From: Marsupella aquatica
Taxonomy: Eukaryota > Plantae > Marchantiophyta
DNA: 64,000 bases
Assembly: GCA_973895155.1 (NCBI GenBank)
Contig: OZ316892.1
Location: forward strand, 28,420,307 to 28,484,306
Reading direction: 5' to 3'
Below the pieces are notes generated by a model. The model had not been told where the DNA came from. It did no database searches and saw only the letters and a program-made list of their open reading frames with translations. A program made the position numbers and the translations under genes. Positions 59,199-64,000 of the stretch are shown piece after piece (position 1 is the first letter of the stretch; each line of letters opens with the position of its first letter).

Positions 59199-60884
59199 CT
59201 ACTGACCTCCAACCAGGCCTCCACTAGAAACTGTAGAATATTTTAAGAATGAGGGCATCTCCCAAAGTTCAAACCATCGTAGAGCTTCTCTCTCTACAAC
59301 AAGGTCGAGTCGATCACCAAGAAGTTTCTGGCAAACCCAGGTTGCGACGGATTTTAATTTTTTTCCCATCAAAGCTCCCTCGTGAATGTCGGCGATTATT
59401 CTCTGAAGTATTTCTGCAGTATAAAGGGTTCTATATACTGTCTGTGCCTCGACAATTTTACTCATTGACATGCCCTTATTTAAGTCTGCCATATACATAT
59501 AGGGATCAAAACCACCTCTGAAAGGGTCGAATGAAGTACTCTGACACAGTTTATGCATGGCTATTAAAGCACGGAGGAAAGATGCTGCAAGCCAGCCTTT
59601 CCGTAGGGTACATTTGGTGTGTGGTGTTTCTTCTGACGATGCCACTGGGTATTCTTCGACTTGAAATGCCAAGTCCGCCAAATCGTGAAGTACTATTCGG
59701 ACATTTTGGTCGTCAGGTGTGCCACCCCTGCTTTGTCCCATCTAACATTTTCATCTCCATCTCGTCGTACTGCTGTCCAAGTGAGCGTTCAAATGTGCAT
59801 CGACAACACTCACACCTGAAAGGTCCACAAAGTACAGCAGTTCAATAATTCGTCCCCCAATGCTATACGACAGCGCGCCGTTCACGACTCGCTCTACATG
59901 TACAAATTACATCGTCCACTTTGAGTAGTCGTACCTGAAGCCAAGCGTTTGACAGTACCCGTCACGGACACCAAGAGGCCAAAATATGTCGAAGCAGGGA
60001 ACAGTGAGCTCTTCTCCGGCTGCAATGTCTGTGGCAGCGTGAATGAACATCGCCTGCCCGACTCGCCTTAGATGGCAGTTAGGCGCACATGAGTGTTTCA
60101 TGTGGGACACTAGGAGCCATACTCCCCACCACTCATGCGTTTCAACCTGCCGCGGTTTGTCCGGGATAAAGCCCTTCTCCGTGGTGCAGATTGCATTGTT
60201 TGCAACAATGTCGCCAACAATGTCCTTCAGGAGCCTCGTGAGTTCATCAGGTCTTCTTCGGTGTGACGAACTCTCCTCAACTCCCTCCCCAACTGTCTGG
60301 TCAGGGCATGACGCGATTTTGCTCATGCAGTCGTTGGCAAACGATTCAGGGCTCCTATCCTGGAATAACATGAAGAATGGTTAGCCAAAATTGCGCACCT
60401 TAAAGTCGAATCACTTGTCCGTAATTGGTTCACTTCCTCGACGTAGGACGGACAGATGCAATGAGAAATTCAATTTGTGAATGAACCAATTATGGTAACA
60501 GAGGTTGTGACTACATACAGGTTTACAGTCTGGTCCATCCGGGTGGGCCAGAGAATATCTGAGCCTCGTCGTGAGATCCTCCTTGACTACCGAAAGCATT
60601 GAAGGACATGGCAGCGCATCGGAACTGTACGCGCGACATGGAACGACGGCGTTGTCGACAATAAGAAGATTACCTTTCGCAGCAGGATCGTTCAAGAATA
60701 TCCCGGAACCTATCTTCTCGGAAGAATCCTGGACAAGTCCGAGTGAACGAAGGACTTGCTGGAACCGGTCCGCCGTTATAATCTCCAATGTACCAGACAT
60801 GAATGCCAAAAAGCTATTCTGATTATGACATAGTCTTTCTGTAATTTCAGTGTCAGGTACACTTAGTAAAATGGTTCGAAGCAT
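59199..60884 (-). CDS. SET-domain protein (SMYD-like), spliced; 3' end uncertain
   Basis: GSGIFL, GVWLLVSHMKHSCAPNC, DIAAGEELTV, and post-SET GFR|CECCRC across intron 59816-59934. Confidence 0.75.
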
Positions 60885-62540
60885 GGTATTTACGAGATAA
60901 CTATAGGACGACTCTGAACTAAACTACGGACAATGTTTCACAACCAACTTACTATTACCCACGGATTAGGACGCAAGTGCTTGTCAAAGGGGAAAGCGAT
61001 GCTAGTTCCCTGCTGTTCAGTCACAATGCACACTTGCAGCGCTGAGCCCGCTCGATGAACACTTCGCTTTCAGGACATACAATGAAACGGGCAATGAAAG
61101 ATGTATGTCCACAGTTCACCTCTTATTCGAGACATAGCCGCCTGCTTGAGATATAACTTCACGCCAAGGAGGCAGGGTAGGCTGTTGGCTGTGAGAAATT
61201 GTGCCCAAGAGACTGACAACTTACGATTAACAACGGGTAGTACGACTAAAGATAACAATGGGTAGGACGCTAGTGCCTGTCAAAGCGGAAAGCAATACAA
61301 GTTCCCTGCAGCGCTGAGGCTGCTCGATGAACACTTCAGTTTCAGCAGTCACGCCCTCCACATTGCGTCCGTCATGTGAGTTAAATAAGAAACTTCCGCC
61401 ATTGAAGAGATCGGGACCTCTGTAGAATGATCCTTATAGAATTGGTTGCTCTCTATCCTATTGTGAATCTTCTATGAGTACGTACCGATACTAACATTTT
61501 GCGTGAGTATTGATCAATTTTTTCTTTCAATTTACCCTGAAATCCAGTCTGAAATCCTCTCGTCTTTGGCTCTGTGAATATATCATGATCGAACTCTTTC
61601 TTAAAATCAAACGGCCAAACAATCACACGTCGACTACAGCGAGCGATGCACAGCAACTTATCCTATCAATTCAACTTGAACGCCAAGATCGCAACGTTGT
61701 ATCGTTACTGGCGCGGATATATGATCAACTCCTCCAAAATTTGACCACACTTACATACGTTGGAGCTTTTGAAAAATCGGACCTAATCCTGCGGACAAGT
61801 ATGACGTTGGTGGTCGTTGAGGCTTTTGAAGGCTGCAAAGTTGAATAACCAGGTTTTTCATGAGTCTGTTGGGTAAGGTGAATGCCTTATTGTTCAGTTT
61901 ACAGACCTGTACAAGAATTCTTTCTTATTGTGAATATAAATGAAGTTTGCTCCTTTCGAATCTGCTGGACCAACTTCTCAGATCTGCTCAAGTTTCGAAT
62001 TTTCCTGTGTACCCTTGATCAGCAAAACTTACTGTATTTTTCCGATCACCATTCCCTTCAAACTTCTAACCATGAATTACTTGCATCATAACCAAAAAAA
62101 TGACCATTGCATCTTAGAAAGGAGAGTTCATTTGTCTTGGAAAACTCATCATCTTCATACTGAGAAAAAACTACCCAGGTCTGTATCTAAATTCACAAAC
62201 AATGCCTTTCCTGGTCTAACATTAGTCACATCTGCAAACATTCCTCAGAGTTGATGACTAGTGTACTGGGAAGCTCTTGTGGAGCATGAAATAGTAAGGG
62301 TTTGAAAGCTTTTCAGTCTATAGGGAAGAAACCCTTTACACAGCAAAACTTGATCACAAAAAATGGATTCTTCGTTCCAATTCTTCCAACCTTCACAGCA
62401 TGACCTACCATTCATTTCATTACTGATGCTCATTCGCACACGTCGAGTAAAAAGTTACGTGTACCAAGCTTAGAATTAATCTGAGCAGTGTTGGAGATAT
62501 CCAAGTAATCACAAAAAAAGGCTAGTAAAACATTAGATAC

Positions 62541-62672
62541 CTTCACAAGAGTTTTACTAGCTGGAATACTGGGGATCTCTCCACTTGCAAAACCTATGAC
62601 AAGTATTTGATTTCAGCAACTTCAAGCTCTCCTTGTGCTGTTTCCCACCCACCGGATCGTAAAGGACCTCCA
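62541..62672 (-). pseudogene. Quinone oxidoreductase-like (MDR family) exon fragment
   Basis: EVLYDPVGGKQHKESLKLLK / QILVIGFASGEIPSIPASKTLVK|GT, with a frameshifting deletion in the middle. Confidence 0.75.
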
Positions 62673-63851
62673 AAGTATTAGGGAGGAATGAGAACACCCT
62701 GTAATTAAGCGGCTAGTGGAACCAAGTTAGATGTCCAATTGGGATGTGCTCTTTTTTCCACTCGTTCCTCGTCCTGGAACTTCTGGTGAGAGTTGCTTTT
62801 GATGCTTTGTAAGTGTCTGACGGGCTTTGGGAGGTATCAACCACAATACCTTGACAAACATTTAAAGCTGTCATTGTCTAATAATCGAATTCGGTGTTGA
62901 GGTGAGCCACCTTGATATTGATAAGGAATAGTAAGAATCTTCGTGACTAATCCATGGAAAGCTGCAACAATGTCAACTTCGGTTAAAGCCAAGACTGCTT
63001 GTTAGCATGTGAACGTTTGCAGCTACTGTTGATCAACGACGCCTTCTTTGGAAAGTTCTGGAAACATGGCCAGTGTGGCTAATTTTCAGATATCCTCTGT
63101 TTACCGGTTCATCAGAGTTTTCAATGTCAGTGAAACTTTCAGTAGCGTCGGTTTTCCATTTTAATCTTTTGTCAGGCTAGAATTAGTCCCGTGCATCCGG
63201 CTTCAATTTTAAATATTTCGATTGGCCCCGGGAGGTGTGTTTGGGCCAATCGAAAGGTGCCAAAAAAAACTAAATTTCAGTAAATGGCCAGTAATTTTTC
63301 CCCCAAGATGACAATTCCAAAAAAAGATACGCCAGAGATGATTCCTTCCCCCCAAGATAGCCATTCGTGAAAAGACACGCCACGATGATAATTCGGGTAA
63401 AAACGCACTAAGAAGTATGGGCAAGATCGGATATTATACTATGTAGATCTCGCCCATTCTCCTTGTGCACTATATAGGCTCTCAAACGAGGAAAGGAGGT
63501 CGGCACAGCCATGGCGGGTCCAAAGATTATGGCTTTCGCTGAGAATTCTCGGGATTAGGCTCTGCAATCGTACCAAGTCTGTACTGCTGCGATCATCTGA
63601 AGTTTAGTTGAGCTGATAATTTTTCTCCACCTCGAGTGATTTCTCAATTCGGACTGCAGCATGGAGGTGCTTTCCTACTGCAACTTGCAAACTGCAAACA
63701 TTGGTGAAATAAGCATCGCAGCTCGTTTGGGTTAGACCAGCCATAGGCGTTTGCTGAACAGAGAGTCCAGATCCTCGTTAGGGTGTCACGCAGGCTGAAG
63801 TGGTGGATCCTTTGGCTCTTATCACTCCACGAATTGAAAAGAAGCCAGATA

Positions 63852-64000
63852 ATGGCCTTGGCGGAATGCTCTGGTGCAAGTTCCAAACGCGTGAGGCAAT
63901 CCGAGGACGAAGAAGAGCGCTCTGATCGAGGCATAGTGTTCGATGAGGGCACTTGGGGTACCCTGCATGACTCTGTTCTAGAAAAGATAATCGCCAGGCT
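63852..64000 (+). CDS. F-box protein, N-terminus (runs off window)
   Basis: MALAECSG...FDEGTWGTLHDSVLEKIIAR(L) fits the W-x2-L-x3-LL-x2-I-x2-RL F-box start. Confidence 0.7.
   Translation, partial: MALAECSGASSKRVRQSEDEEERSDRGIVFDEGTWGTLHDSVLEKIIAR

Overview
Eukaryotic land-plant nuclear DNA, most likely a bryophyte/liverwort (inferred from a hydrolase-NB-ARC-LRR gene). Host genes are sparse: the 3' end of an MA3/PDCD4-like gene, a tiny OST4 gene missed by the ORF track, a disrupted TM-hydrolase-NB-ARC-LRR-TPR immune receptor, a SET-domain gene, a quinone-oxidoreductase fragment and the start of an F-box gene. Most of the window is nested transposons whose ends and target-site duplications (TSDs) can be read from the sequence. 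The main discovery is two large cargo-carrying DNA transposons. (1) A 13-kb Sola-like element (10960-23972) encodes, divergently from its transposase, one spliced and now degenerate ~1700-aa protein fusing a ParB/Srx-like domain, a beta-class amino-DNA-methyltransferase-like domain and an FCP1/HAD phosphatase; its non-coding DNA carries many copies of a 25-bp palindrome. (2) An 11.5-kb hAT element (46207-57713) has long inverted arms and carries intact intronless protein kinase and RING E3 ligase genes. A MITE group with CTCGGGG...CCCCGAG ends and 8-bp TSDs occurs four times. Family assignments come from motif recognition only; no database searches were run.
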